Part shown: one piece after another, positions 1 through 9,271 of the stretch
Position numbering within the stretch: the stretch's first letter is position 1
Layout: each line of letters begins with the position of its first letter
DNA from: Phycisphaeraceae bacterium
GTDB taxonomy: Bacteria > Planctomycetota > Phycisphaerae > Phycisphaerales > Zrk34
DNA length: 64,000 nt
Direction of reading: 5' to 3'
Assembly (NCBI GenBank): GCA_040905565.1
Contig: JBBDRF010000005.1
Location: 96,001-160,000, forward strand
Program-made: the position numbers and the translations under genes
Notes under the pieces: model-generated
Seen by the model: the letters and a program-made list of their open reading frames with translations, nothing else
Told to the model about the DNA's origin: nothing
The model's database searches: none

Positions 1-2
1 AC

Positions 3-1544
3 CTGCTCGATGAAGGTATGCGTATCGGTGTGTGTGTTTGTCCCCCGTCGGTACTCCGCATGCTCCTGACCTTCGAGCGTGACAGTCAGGTGCTTCACCC
101 GCTGCGTGTTGCCCTTGAGTTGCCACTGGATTTCGAGGGGGTCGCCGAGCCTTGGGTTGGCGCTGCTGACCTGCATCACGACGGTCGGGTTGAACAGCCG
201 CATCGCTTGATAGATGGTGCCGAGCGCGACGGCTGCCCCGATGAGGATGAAGATGCCCGAGAAGAAGCCGTAGCCCATGTCGGGGACCATGAGTCCGTGG
301 ACGAAGCCGTTCCACGCCACCGCGAATAGCAGCAGAAAGATGAACGTCACCCACCGCGGCTCCGTCGCCTTTAACGTGACCGGCCCAGTCGTCGTCGCTG
401 CGCCACCGCTTGCATAGGAAGAGGACGCCCCCGCAAAGCTGCTGCTTACCCCACCACCTGCAACCGAGCCGAGCCCCCCCGCCGCCGCCTGCCGACGCTG
501 CGAGACGAACATCCCGATCAACCCGCCGATCCCCACGATCGGAAAGACCAGGGTGAGCGCCCCGAGCCAGATTCCCGTCGTAAAATCGCGATTGAGCACC
601 GCATTCCCCGGGTCGTCCGGATCACAGTAGGCCTGTGCCGTTGAGCCGACGGGGTGATCGTCCACCACCGCCTGCTTGCCGGATTGTCCGCTGGAGGTCA
701 CGTTCCCCATGAAGTCGTACTGCGTAGAGCGGTAGGTGCGGCCGTCCACTTCGTATTCGTACTCAATGTCGATGCTGTACGTGGTGCTATCGCTCCCGCG
801 ATGGACCCCGACCGAACTGCTGAGAATGGTGCAGTCGATGGCTTGCCAGTTCTGCGCCTGCCAGACATTGATGGCAGGGATGATGAAGAACATGACCGGA
901 AAGATGCCGCCGAACAGCGTAAAAATCAGGAAGAATCCGGCAAGCGCGCGCTTGCCGTTCCGCGCGTTATTCGCCGTGCCGATTGAGACGGCGGCGTCGT
1001 TCTCAGCCGTTCCCTTCGTGGGCCCGGCCCGCCATGTGAAGTAAACGCCGCCCAGCCCGATGCCGACGAAAACCAGCGGCAGCAACAGGAACGCCGCCAG
1101 TGGACCCCAGTCCCCCACCGCCGGCTGCTCCAGCACCGCCTCGGCGGGATCCGACGGATTTACATAACAGGTGACCGCCTCGCCCGGCGGATACCGATCC
1201 ACAAGCGACGCCACCTCACCGTGTTCCCGCGTCCGCGAATCATTCCGCTGATAGCGGTCGCTGACGTACGATTCGCCCTCCACCTCATACCGATACCTAA
1301 CGGTAAAAAGGTACGGGTTCTCCTTCTCGCGATCCTCTTCAAGCTCGCTGACCTCGATCACCGCAGGCGTCTCGGTCCAGCTGTACTGGGCCAGTTGTCC
1401 GGTCAGCTCCGAGATCATCATCAGCAGGAAACCCGTTCCCGCTGCAAAGAAAATCAGAAAGAACAGCGACGCAAAAATCTTCCCCGGAATGCTGGTCGGC
1501 ATCCCGCTACGCCGACCACGCGACGGTCCGATTCTGATCCCCAT
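3..1544 (-). CDS. DUF3592-like tandem-domain membrane protein, 3' end runs off the window
   Basis: Absent from the ORF track, consistent with no stop inside the window. ATG at 1544 with GGAG RBS. Reads MGIRIG...KIFASLFFLIFFAAGTGFLLMM, then two repeats of TM helix + W-x-x-x-x-(A/C)-x-(V/I) ... Y-x-YEV-x-G-x-x-Y ... (C/A)Y-x-(N/D)P-x-DP-x-x-AVL. Confidence 0.7.
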   Translation of the reverse strand, partial: MGIRIGPSRGRRSGMPTSIPGKIFASLFFLIFFAAGTGFLLMMISELTGQLAQYSWTETPAVIEVSELEEDREKENPYLFTVRYRYEVEGESYVSDRYQRNDSRTREHGEVASLVDRYPPGEAVTCYVNPSDPAEAVLEQPAVGDWGPLAAFLLLPLVFVGIGLGGVYFTWRAGPTKGTAENDAAVSIGTANNARNGKRALAGFFLIFTLFGGIFPVMFFIIPAINVWQAQNWQAIDCTILSSSVGVHRGSDSTTYSIDIEYEYEVDGRTYRSTQYDFMGNVTSSGQSGKQAVVDDHPVGSTAQAYCDPDDPGNAVLNRDFTTGIWLGALTLVFPIVGIGGLIGMFVSQRRQAAAGGLGSVAGGGVSSSFAGASSSYASGGAATTTGPVTLKATEPRWVTFIFLLLFAVAWNGFVHGLMVPDMGYGFFSGIFILIGAAVALGTIYQAMRLFNPTVVMQVSSANPRLGDPLEIQWQLKGNTQRVKHLTVTLEGQEHAEYRRGTNTHTDTHTFIEQ

Positions 1545-1760
1545 GCGAATTGCTCCTGCCAGACTACCCCGATTACGCCGCGATCACCGTACAAACCAAA
1601 CACTCGGCCAGTCTACAAAGCCACCCCCGCCGCGCAAAGCGCGTCGTTCCACACAGCCCCGGCCTTGGCCTGCGTTCCCACCCCCATCTTCCCAAATCCG
1701 CCACGCATGGGTAACGTAGCCGTGATTCAACGTGTCATGATCAACCTCTGGAGATTCCCT

Positions 1761-2954
1761 ATGGCGACGCCCGCCCTCAACCGTTCGCTAGCCACCACCA
1801 TGTTCGCCGCTGGCCTCCTGCTCCTTACCTTCACCGCCACGCAGGCCCAGCAGACCGAGCCGCAGTTCCGCGTGCTCAAGCTCGGCCTCGACGCCAACGA
1901 AGGCTCCGCCATCGCAGACATCAACGGCGACGGCAAGCTCGACGTCGTCGCAGGGCGAAACTGGTACGCCAATCCCGATTTCAAGCCACGCCCGCTTCGC
2001 AACATCGACGACACCAACGGCTACACCCACTCCAACGGCGACCACATCGTCGACGTCAACGGCGACGGCCGACCGGACGTCGTCGCACAATCCTTCTTCG
2101 GCCCCCAAATCCACTGGTACGAAAACCCCGGCGGAACCGGCCTTGAGCGCGGCCACCTCTGGCAACAGCACCTGCTCAGCGAACAAGGCGGCGGCGCCAA
2201 CGAAGCCAGCTTCCTCCACGATATCACCGGCGACGGCGACAACGAATTCATCGTCAACAGTTGGGGCAATCAGCCCGTCCTCCTGTTCACCTTCACCCAG
2301 AATGACGACGGCACCCCGGCCCTCACCCGCCACGAAATCGGCCCCGGCGGGCACGGCCACGGCATGGGCTTCGGCGATCTCAACGGCGACGGTCGTGTCG
2401 ATATCCTCGTCGGCGCAGGCTGGTACGAGCACCCCGAGGGCGACCCCCTCACCGAAACGTGGACCTTTCACGATGCGTGGAACCACGCCGGCGCCAGCTG
2501 CCCGATGCTCGTGGCGGACATCAACGGCGACGGCCGCAACGACATCATCTGGGGCAACGGGCACGACTTCGGGCTGCACTGGGAAGAACAGCTCGAGCCG
2601 GCAGACGACGGAACGCTGCGCTTCCGCCGTCACCTCATCGACGACAGCTGGTCGCAAGCCCACGTGCTCCATCTCGCCGACCTCACCGGCGACGGCAAAC
2701 CCGAACTGATCACCGGCAAACGCAAGTGGGGCCACAACGGCGGCGACGCCGGCGCTGACGAACCGCAGATCCTGTACTACTACACGTGGAACCAGGACGG
2801 CGAATTTGTGCGCCACCAGATCGCCGAAGGCGTGGGGACCGGGCTTCAGATCAACACCGGCGACCTCACCGGCAACGGCCGTCCCGATATCGTCGTCAAT
2901 GGCAAACAAGGCGCGTTTATCGTCTTCAACGAAGGTCCCAGCGACGCCGACTGA
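1761..2954 (+). CDS. Secreted FG-GAP/VCBS-repeat beta-propeller protein
   Basis: Signal peptide, about seven D-x-(N/T)-G-D-G-x-x-D-like repeats, GGAG RBS before ATG 1761. The upstream extension in the ORF track overlaps the opposite-strand gene. Confidence 0.85.
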   Translation: MATPALNRSLATTMFAAGLLLLTFTATQAQQTEPQFRVLKLGLDANEGSAIADINGDGKLDVVAGRNWYANPDFKPRPLRNIDDTNGYTHSNGDHIVDVNGDGRPDVVAQSFFGPQIHWYENPGGTGLERGHLWQQHLLSEQGGGANEASFLHDITGDGDNEFIVNSWGNQPVLLFTFTQNDDGTPALTRHEIGPGGHGHGMGFGDLNGDGRVDILVGAGWYEHPEGDPLTETWTFHDAWNHAGASCPMLVADINGDGRNDIIWGNGHDFGLHWEEQLEPADDGTLRFRRHLIDDSWSQAHVLHLADLTGDGKPELITGKRKWGHNGGDAGADEPQILYYYTWNQDGEFVRHQIAEGVGTGLQINTGDLTGNGRPDIVVNGKQGAFIVFNEGPSDAD

Positions 2955-2980
2955 CCTTCGTTCGCTGCGTAGACTGTGAC

Positions 2981-3814
2981 ATGACCAGCTCGCCTGCATC
3001 CCTGGAGCAGCGCCTTGAAGCGGTGATCCGTCCGTGCGGACAACTGCTGACGGCGTACAGCGGCGGCGTCGATTCAACCTTGGTCGCTGTGGCGGCGCGG
3101 CGGGTACTCGGGCGATCCAACGCCCCCGCAGCCGTGGGTGATTCCGCCTCACTACCACGCCGTGAGCTTGAAGAGGCGCGACGCATTGCCGAGCAGACCG
3201 ACTTGGAACTCGTCGAGATCAACCCCGGCGAGCAGCAGGATTCCCGCTACCAGGCCAACGCAGGCGACCGCTGCTACTTTTGCAAGACGCACCTTTATGC
3301 CGCCCTGCACGATCTCGCGAACGCACGAGGGATTCGCTGCATCGCCAACGGCACCAATGCCGACGATCTCGGCGACCATCGCCCCGGCCTGCGTGCAGCC
3401 GACGAAGCGCAGATCGTGAGCCCATTGCTGGAAGCGGGGCTGACCAAGGCGGATGTCCGCACGCTGGCCGAACACTATCGGCTGCCGAATGCCGACAAAC
3501 CCGCCGCCGCCTGCCTCGCCAGCCGCATCCCGTACGGCACGGCCGTGACCGCCGAACGCCTGACGCGCGTTGAGCGTGCAGAGGATGCGCTCTACACGTT
3601 GGGGTTCAGAGGTTTTCGGGTGCGTCATCATGAGACGGTCGCGCGGATCGAACTGCCGCCCGATCAGTGGCCGCGTCTGCTTGATCCCGCCGTTCGTGAG
3701 CAGGTGATCGAAAAGCTCCAGGCCGTCGGCTACACGTACATCACGCTCGACCTCGCAGGCTTCCGTAGCGGCTCCAGCAATGCGATGCTGAACGCGGCCG
3801 GCGACCGCGCGTGA
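2981..3814 (+). CDS. larE: ATP-dependent sulfur transferase LarE (PP-loop)
   Basis: AYSGGVDS PP-loop, RCYFCK, GTNADDLGDHRPG, CLASRIPYG, RVRHH, LDLAGFRSGS. Confidence 0.9.
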   Translation: MTSSPASLEQRLEAVIRPCGQLLTAYSGGVDSTLVAVAARRVLGRSNAPAAVGDSASLPRRELEEARRIAEQTDLELVEINPGEQQDSRYQANAGDRCYFCKTHLYAALHDLANARGIRCIANGTNADDLGDHRPGLRAADEAQIVSPLLEAGLTKADVRTLAEHYRLPNADKPAAACLASRIPYGTAVTAERLTRVERAEDALYTLGFRGFRVRHHETVARIELPPDQWPRLLDPAVREQVIEKLQAVGYTYITLDLAGFRSGSSNAMLNAAGDRA

Positions 3815-3956
3815 TTGTCCACGCATTAGCGGTTAGCATGCAGCCTGAATCAAGAGACGGCATCGCCAAAAACCGGTCCTCTTTCGCCCCTATCGCAGCC
3901 CCTCGGCTCGCGCTGTGACGTGGGAAGCGACAGCGGACGCCGACGGAATCACTTGC

Positions 3957-5570
3957 ATGAATCTTCTAGATTACCTGCCCCTGCTCTCGTTCCTCTTCTT
4001 CACCGGCCTTGTCGGATTCACCACATGGTGGCTGACGCACCGCGACGATCACAGCCGATCGTCCAGCAACTATTTCCTTGCCGGTCGGTCGCTCAGCTTC
4101 GGCGTCATCGCCGGCTCGCTGATGCTGACCAACCTTTCGACTGAACAACTGGTCGGGCTCAACGGTGCAGCTTTCAAGGATGGGTTCGTGGTGATGGCGT
4201 GGGAGGTGATTCCCGCCTTCGCCCTCGTGCTGATGGCCCTGTTCTTCCTGCCCTACTACCTCCGCAGCGGCATCGCCACCGTCCCGCAGTTTCTCCACGA
4301 GCGCTTCGATACCACCACCCGCACGATCACGACGTTGATCTTTATCGTCGCATACGCCGCCATTCTGCTGCCGATCATTCTCTACACCGGAGCCACCGGC
4401 CTGATCTCCATGCTCGACATGGAAACCCTGCTGGGCGTGGAGACGCGCACATCGGCCCTGTGGATCATGGTCTGGGTCATCGGCCTTATCGGCTCGGTGT
4501 ACGCGATCTTCGGCGGCCTGCGCACCGTCGCCATCTCCGACACGATCAACGGCATCGGGCTGCTCATCGGCGGCTTGCTGATCGCATGGCTCGGCCTGCA
4601 GGCCGTGGGCGACGGCAACGCGTTCACCGGGCTGAGCACACTCGTCGAGGAGCACCCCGAGAAGTTCGAATCCATCGGCACCGCGGAGCAATCCGTCCCC
4701 TTCTCCACCATCTTCACCGGCGTGCTGCTGCTGAACCTCTTCTACTGGTGCACGAACCAGCAGATCATTCAGCGTACCTTCGGCGCAAGCAATCTCGCTG
4801 AAGGCCAGAAGGGCGTGCTGCTGGCGGGCGGGCTGAAAATCTTCACGCCGTTGATCCTCGTGCTGCCCGGCGTCATCGCGTTCCACCTCTACGCCGACCA
4901 GATCGGCCCGGATGATGCGGACAACGCTTACGGCATGCTGGTGCTCAACATCCTCCCGTTCTGGCTCACTGGCTTTTTCGCAGCGGTCGTCGTCGGCGCG
5001 GTGCTCAGCTCGTTTAACTCCGCACTCAACAGCTGCGCCACGCTATTCAGCTACGGCGTCTACAAGAGCATGGCGAGGCCACAAGCCGAGGACGCCGAGG
5101 TGATTCGAGCCGGCAAATATTTCGCCACCGTGATCGCCTTGATCGCCATGCTGATCGCCCCGTTTCTCGCGGGCTTCCCCAGCATCTTCGCGTACCTTCA
5201 GCAGATGAACGGGTTGTACTTCATCCCGATTTTTGCGGTGCTTATCGTCGGCATCCTCTTCCGCCGCGTTCCGGCGGTTGCCGCAAACGTGGCGCTGATC
5301 GTCGGCTGCTTGGCCATCGCCGCCGGCTACTTCATTCCCGCGCTGAACGTCTACGTCGACCGCATGCACGAGTTCCACTTCCTCGGCGCCGTGTTCATCA
5401 CGCTGGTCGCGATCATGCTCGTAATCGGTGCGCTCAAACCCCGTGCGGAAGGCTGGCAACAGATCTATTCCGGCGACGTCGACATGACCCCCTGGCCCCA
5501 CGCCAAATGGGTTTCCGGACTGCTGCTGCTCATCGTGGTGGTGATCTACGTCACCCTCGCCAACATCTAG
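3957..5570 (+). CDS. Solute:sodium symporter (SSS family, YidK-like)
   Basis: YFLAGRSL, SLMLTNLSTEQLVGLNG, FYWCTNQQIIQR and many TM helices. Confidence 0.9.
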   Translation: MNLLDYLPLLSFLFFTGLVGFTTWWLTHRDDHSRSSSNYFLAGRSLSFGVIAGSLMLTNLSTEQLVGLNGAAFKDGFVVMAWEVIPAFALVLMALFFLPYYLRSGIATVPQFLHERFDTTTRTITTLIFIVAYAAILLPIILYTGATGLISMLDMETLLGVETRTSALWIMVWVIGLIGSVYAIFGGLRTVAISDTINGIGLLIGGLLIAWLGLQAVGDGNAFTGLSTLVEEHPEKFESIGTAEQSVPFSTIFTGVLLLNLFYWCTNQQIIQRTFGASNLAEGQKGVLLAGGLKIFTPLILVLPGVIAFHLYADQIGPDDADNAYGMLVLNILPFWLTGFFAAVVVGAVLSSFNSALNSCATLFSYGVYKSMARPQAEDAEVIRAGKYFATVIALIAMLIAPFLAGFPSIFAYLQQMNGLYFIPIFAVLIVGILFRRVPAVAANVALIVGCLAIAAGYFIPALNVYVDRMHEFHFLGAVFITLVAIMLVIGALKPRAEGWQQIYSGDVDMTPWPHAKWVSGLLLLIVVVIYVTLANI

Positions 5571-5687
5571 CTCACCAGGCGGGCGAAACTGAAAAAAACG
5601 CGCATTTCCCTGTGCGATCGAAGTACGTGCGTGTCAGCGAGATGTGCAAGTACGCCGTAGTTTTTTGGGATTTTTTGATAATCCGCA

Positions 5688-5715
5688 GGAACTTCCTGCC
5701 GCTCTTTTCGTCTAA
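5688..5715 (+). promoter_or_regulatory. ECF (sigmaE-type) promoter
   Basis: GGAACTT-N16-TCTAA about 105 bp upstream of the Skp-like gene. Confidence 0.55.
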
Positions 5716-5820
5716 ACGGCCAAGATGCAACACGGATTGCAGATGACCATTGGCTTCCGTGCGTTGAGGTCGCAACTTTTTTGGTTGAGTTGTGCCGCGC
5801 ACGCATACGAAGGAGACATC

Positions 5821-6303
5821 ATGTCCCAGATCGTTCACACGAATCGTACCCGGATCAGTTTCGCAGCCGTCGCATTGATGGCCTTGGCCGCGTTGGCGAT
5901 CGGATTCGACCGAGCCTCGGCTCAGGCTGAGGGCGAGGAGTTGCGTGTCGGCACGTATCAGCCTCAGCAGGCTTTCCAGATGTACCATCGCACCGCTGCT
6001 TTCCAGCAGGAGATGCAGGAGCTTCAGGCGCAGGCGCAGGAGACGGAGCCGGAGCAACTGGCGCAGCTGCAGCAGCAGGCAGAGCAGATGCAGCAGGAGG
6101 TTATTCAGCAGTTCGAGCGCGATGTGAAGAATGCGGTTCCGGAGATCGCCGAGCAAGCGAACGTCGATCTTGTCGCCGTGGAGGTCGTCTACACCGCACC
6201 GGGCGTCGAGCAGGAAGATGTGACCGAAAGCGTCGTCGAAAAGATCAACGAAGGCGCCGAAGCACCGGCTCAGAACGAACTGCCCGCCCTCCCGGGGCGC
6301 TGA
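5821..6303 (+). CDS. OmpH/Skp-like periplasmic chaperone
   Basis: Signal peptide, short beta strand (LRVGTY), Gln-rich coiled coil, C-terminal IAEQANVDLV...DVTESVVEKIN, AAGGAG RBS. Confidence 0.6.
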   Translation: MSQIVHTNRTRISFAAVALMALAALAIGFDRASAQAEGEELRVGTYQPQQAFQMYHRTAAFQQEMQELQAQAQETEPEQLAQLQQQAEQMQQEVIQQFERDVKNAVPEIAEQANVDLVAVEVVYTAPGVEQEDVTESVVEKINEGAEAPAQNELPALPGR

Positions 6304-6354
6304 TCTGAAACACAATCGGCCGCGTCGGTGAACAAATCACGACGCAACCTGCCC

Positions 6355-6394
6355 ACGCTTCCGCGCCATTTTCAGGCGCGGAAGCGTTTTTTTT
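6355..6394 (+). terminator. Rho-independent terminator
   Basis: ACGCTTCCGCGCC-attttca-GGCGCGGAAGCGT followed by a T run. Confidence 0.85.
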
Positions 6395-6505
6395 GACTGT
6401 CTAACGTGCAGCGAGCTTTGTCGTCGGCGGTCAATCTGGCAGCCTGCGGCCCCGCCAGCCTCGCCGCAACTCACTGTCTCACCGGCACATCCTCTGGTAT
6501 CGAAC

Positions 6506-6522
6506 CTGGCACGGCAATTGCA
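6506..6522 (+). promoter_or_regulatory. Sigma-54 (-24/-12) promoter of hsp20
   Basis: CTGGCACG-GCAA-TTGCA matches the YTGGCACGRNNNTTGCW consensus exactly. Confidence 0.8.
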
Positions 6523-6609
6523 AAATGACCAGCGGCGACCGAGCAGGCCGGCGTCGGTCGCGAATCCGCTGCTGCGTGCCGCCGGCCGAACACCAAGAGG
6601 AGATTTGCC

Positions 6610-7038
6610 ATGCTGCCCACCTTACGACGCTCCGGAGTTGATCCCTTTGAGCCGTTCACCCGTGATATCGAGCGCATGCTTGGTGCATGGAACGCCGCCG
6701 GAACAAGCGACGTCACCGCCAGCTATCCCGTCGATATTCGTGAGGACGACGAAAACATCTACGTTGAAGCCGAGTTACCCGGCTTCGAGAAGAACGAAGT
6801 GGACGTCACCATCGAGAACGGCGTGCTGACCATTGATGCCCGACGCAAGCGCGAGAAGGCGGAAGACAAAGGCACGCAACACCTGCAGGAGCGACGTTTC
6901 CACCACGTCCGCCGCAGCTTCACGATGCCCACCAGCGTCGACACGAACAACGTCGAGGCCTCGCTGGACAACGGCATCTTGAAACTGCAACTGCACAAGT
7001 CCGAAGAAGTCCGTCCCCGCCGTATCGAACTTAAGTAA
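6610..7038 (+). CDS. Hsp20/alpha-crystallin small heat-shock protein
   Basis: VDIRE...AELPG...LTI...ERRF...F.MP..VD...ASLDNGILKL...RRIELK, AGGAG RBS. Confidence 0.95.
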   Translation: MLPTLRRSGVDPFEPFTRDIERMLGAWNAAGTSDVTASYPVDIREDDENIYVEAELPGFEKNEVDVTIENGVLTIDARRKREKAEDKGTQHLQERRFHHVRRSFTMPTSVDTNNVEASLDNGILKLQLHKSEEVRPRRIELK

Positions 7039-7052
7039 AACCCACTGTTCAT

Positions 7053-7103
7053 CAATCTATAAATAGACCGGCTGCGCGCGCAGCCGGTCTATTTTATAGA
7101 TTG
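7053..7103. terminator. Bidirectional terminator / long inverted repeat between convergent genes
   Basis: CAATCTATAAATAGACCGGCTGCG-cg-CGCAGCCGGTCTATTTTATAGATTG: 24-bp arms with one extra T. Confidence 0.7.
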
Positions 7104-7124
7104 TCATTCTCTTCACGCGCGCCT

Positions 7125-8312
7125 CTAGGCTGCGGGGTCCAGGACGACCTTGATACAGCCGTCCCGTTTGGTTCTGAATATCTCGTATGCATGAGGGGCC
7201 TGGCTCAACGGCAGCCGATGCGTGACGACAAAGCCCGGATCAATTGCGCCATTGCGGATGTACTCAAGCAACTTCGGGACGTACTTGTGAACATGCGTTT
7301 GGCCAGTCTTGATCGTCAACGCTTTGTTCATGAGCGCCCCCATGGGCACCTTGTCCGAGAGCCCACCGTAGACGCCGGGGATCGAAACGGTTCCGCCCTT
7401 GCGACAGCAATTGATCGCCTGGCGCAGTGCATGCAGCCGCTCGGTCTGCATCATCATCGTGCTTTTTACCTTGTCATACGCCGCGTCGACGGTATAGCCG
7501 TGCGCTTCCATCCCCACCGCATCGATACAGATATCAGGCCCGATGCCGCCGGTGAGGTCGAGCAGCCGATCGTAAACATACTCATCGTGCATATCGATCG
7601 TGGTCGCCCCTGCATCGCGCGCCATCTGGAGCCGATCGGGAACACTGGATTCGTCGTCGATCGCCACGACCTTGCCTGCACCGAGCAACATGGCGCTGCG
7701 GATTACGAACTGCCCTACCGGACCACAGCCCCACACTGCCACCGTATCGTCGGCCTGAATGTTGCAATGTTCAGCGGCCATGTAACCGGTGGGAAAAATG
7801 TCCGCAAGCATCACCAACTGGTGATCGCTCAGGTCGCTGGGCATCTTCTGACAGTTCACGTCCGCCAGCGGCACACGCAGGTACTCCGCCTGTCCGCCTG
7901 CATAACCGCCCGTGAGATGCGAATAGCCGAACAGCCCGGCCGTGGCATAACCGAAGGTCGTCTCGGCAAGGTTCGATCGCGGGTTCGTGTTATCACAACA
8001 ACTATAGAGCTCACGTTTACAATAAAAGCAGGCACCGCACGCGATGGCGAACGGCACCACCACGCGATCGCCCACCGCTAGTTTGCTCTTATCCACGTCC
8101 GGGCCGAGTTCTTCGATGACACCCATCGGCTCATGGCCCATGATGTCGCCCGGCTTCATGAACGGGATAAAGCCGTCCAGCAGATGCAGGTCGGACCCGC
8201 AGATGCATGTCGACGTCACCCGCACCACCGCATCCCGGCGGTTCAAAATCTTCGCATCCGGGACGCTCTCAACCTGCACCTTGTGCGGCGCACACCAGAC
8301 CAGCGCTTTCAT
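7125..8312 (-). CDS. Zinc-dependent alcohol/formaldehyde dehydrogenase (MDR, YbdR-like)
   Basis: ICGSDLH, GHEPMG, CGACFYC...C structural Zn site, GCGPVG. Confidence 0.9.
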   Translation of the reverse strand: MKALVWCAPHKVQVESVPDAKILNRRDAVVRVTSTCICGSDLHLLDGFIPFMKPGDIMGHEPMGVIEELGPDVDKSKLAVGDRVVVPFAIACGACFYCKRELYSCCDNTNPRSNLAETTFGYATAGLFGYSHLTGGYAGGQAEYLRVPLADVNCQKMPSDLSDHQLVMLADIFPTGYMAAEHCNIQADDTVAVWGCGPVGQFVIRSAMLLGAGKVVAIDDESSVPDRLQMARDAGATTIDMHDEYVYDRLLDLTGGIGPDICIDAVGMEAHGYTVDAAYDKVKSTMMMQTERLHALRQAINCCRKGGTVSIPGVYGGLSDKVPMGALMNKALTIKTGQTHVHKYVPKLLEYIRNGAIDPGFVVTHRLPLSQAPHAYEIFRTKRDGCIKVVLDPAA

Positions 8313-8333
8313 CACTCTTCCCCCGTCGTGGCG

Positions 8334-9107
8334 TTACTGAAACAACCGATTGCCCAGGCTCGTACACGAGCCGTGCGGCTGGCCCTTGGTCGTCGGTACT
8401 TCACCGACTTCCATTATCCGCTTGAAACTCCGCAGATCTTCGCGGATCTGATGTTTCGGATTCTCCCCAAACGCACTGGCGAGCCATTGCCCGAGATGCC
8501 CGCCGGGCGGGACGTAGCACAGGCTCACACGCACCGTCGTCCCCCGCGGGCCGGGCTCGAAGGTGACCAAGCCGGCGTTGTCGACATCGCCCCCGGGGAG
8601 CGACTGCCAGGCGATGCGTTCGTTGGGAATATCTTCAAGAATTTCCGCGTCCCATTCGACCGTGCCGCCCGTCACCGAAGGGGCTCTATCGACCCAGCGC
8701 AGCCGACCGTCCTCCAGCGTCTTGACCGACCGGACATGCGACATAATGCGAGGCAGGTTCTCGAAATCGCGCCAGAACTGATACAACTGCTCAGCCGGCT
8801 TATCGATCGTGAACGCCTCGTTAACATCCACGCCGCTCTGCCGCCTGGCCGTGTCGACGCCGAGCGCCTTGTAGGCCGGACAGGCGCCCGTGGCACCGCG
8901 ATAGAACAGCGCGACCCCAAGCCCCGCGAGAAGCAGCCCCGGCAAGCCGCGCTGCGACACACCCAATGCCCCCAGAAACGTGCCTCCTGCGACGGAGATC
9001 ACCCGTTCATCTTCGCTGACGTTGCGTTGCTGACCGTCAGGATAATGATGCCCCTCCAGCAGCGCCCGCGGCTCCGTCTCTCTCTGATATTGCTTTACCG
9101 TCACCAT
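8334..9107 (-). CDS. SRPBCC cyclase/dehydrase with N-terminal DUF2892-like segment
   Basis: NVSEDER...RGATGACPAY, YQFWRDFENLPRIM, WDAEI, ERIAWQSLPG, EDLRSFKRIMEVGE. Commonly paired with the adjacent Zn-ADH. Start uncertain. Confidence 0.85.
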   Translation of the reverse strand: MVTVKQYQRETEPRALLEGHHYPDGQQRNVSEDERVISVAGGTFLGALGVSQRGLPGLLLAGLGVALFYRGATGACPAYKALGVDTARRQSGVDVNEAFTIDKPAEQLYQFWRDFENLPRIMSHVRSVKTLEDGRLRWVDRAPSVTGGTVEWDAEILEDIPNERIAWQSLPGGDVDNAGLVTFEPGPRGTTVRVSLCYVPPGGHLGQWLASAFGENPKHQIREDLRSFKRIMEVGEVPTTKGQPHGSCTSLGNRLFQ

Positions 9108-9271
9108 AACGCCCCCCATTGCTAGCGCGTCGGTATCGACCACATCGCACACTAGCCCATCGAGCGTGACGGCGACCTGCGTCGCCCCCCCCTTCACCAA
9201 TGCAGCCATCCCCTATACACGCGTCGACGGGGCTGGGGACAGTTCCGCTCTGTTGCCAGAAAGGCGGTGGG

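Noticed and set aside
1221..1760. N-terminal extensions in the ORF track (FG-GAP, larE, proS, argA-like, arylsulfatase, nosZ)
   Set aside because: They overlap neighbouring genes or precede the RBS, signal peptide or conserved start, so later starts were chosen.
7101..9125. Long plus-strand ORFs (7101..8081, 8133..9125)
   Set aside because: Antisense shadows of the Zn-dehydrogenase and SRPBCC genes with no motifs; typical of high-GC DNA.
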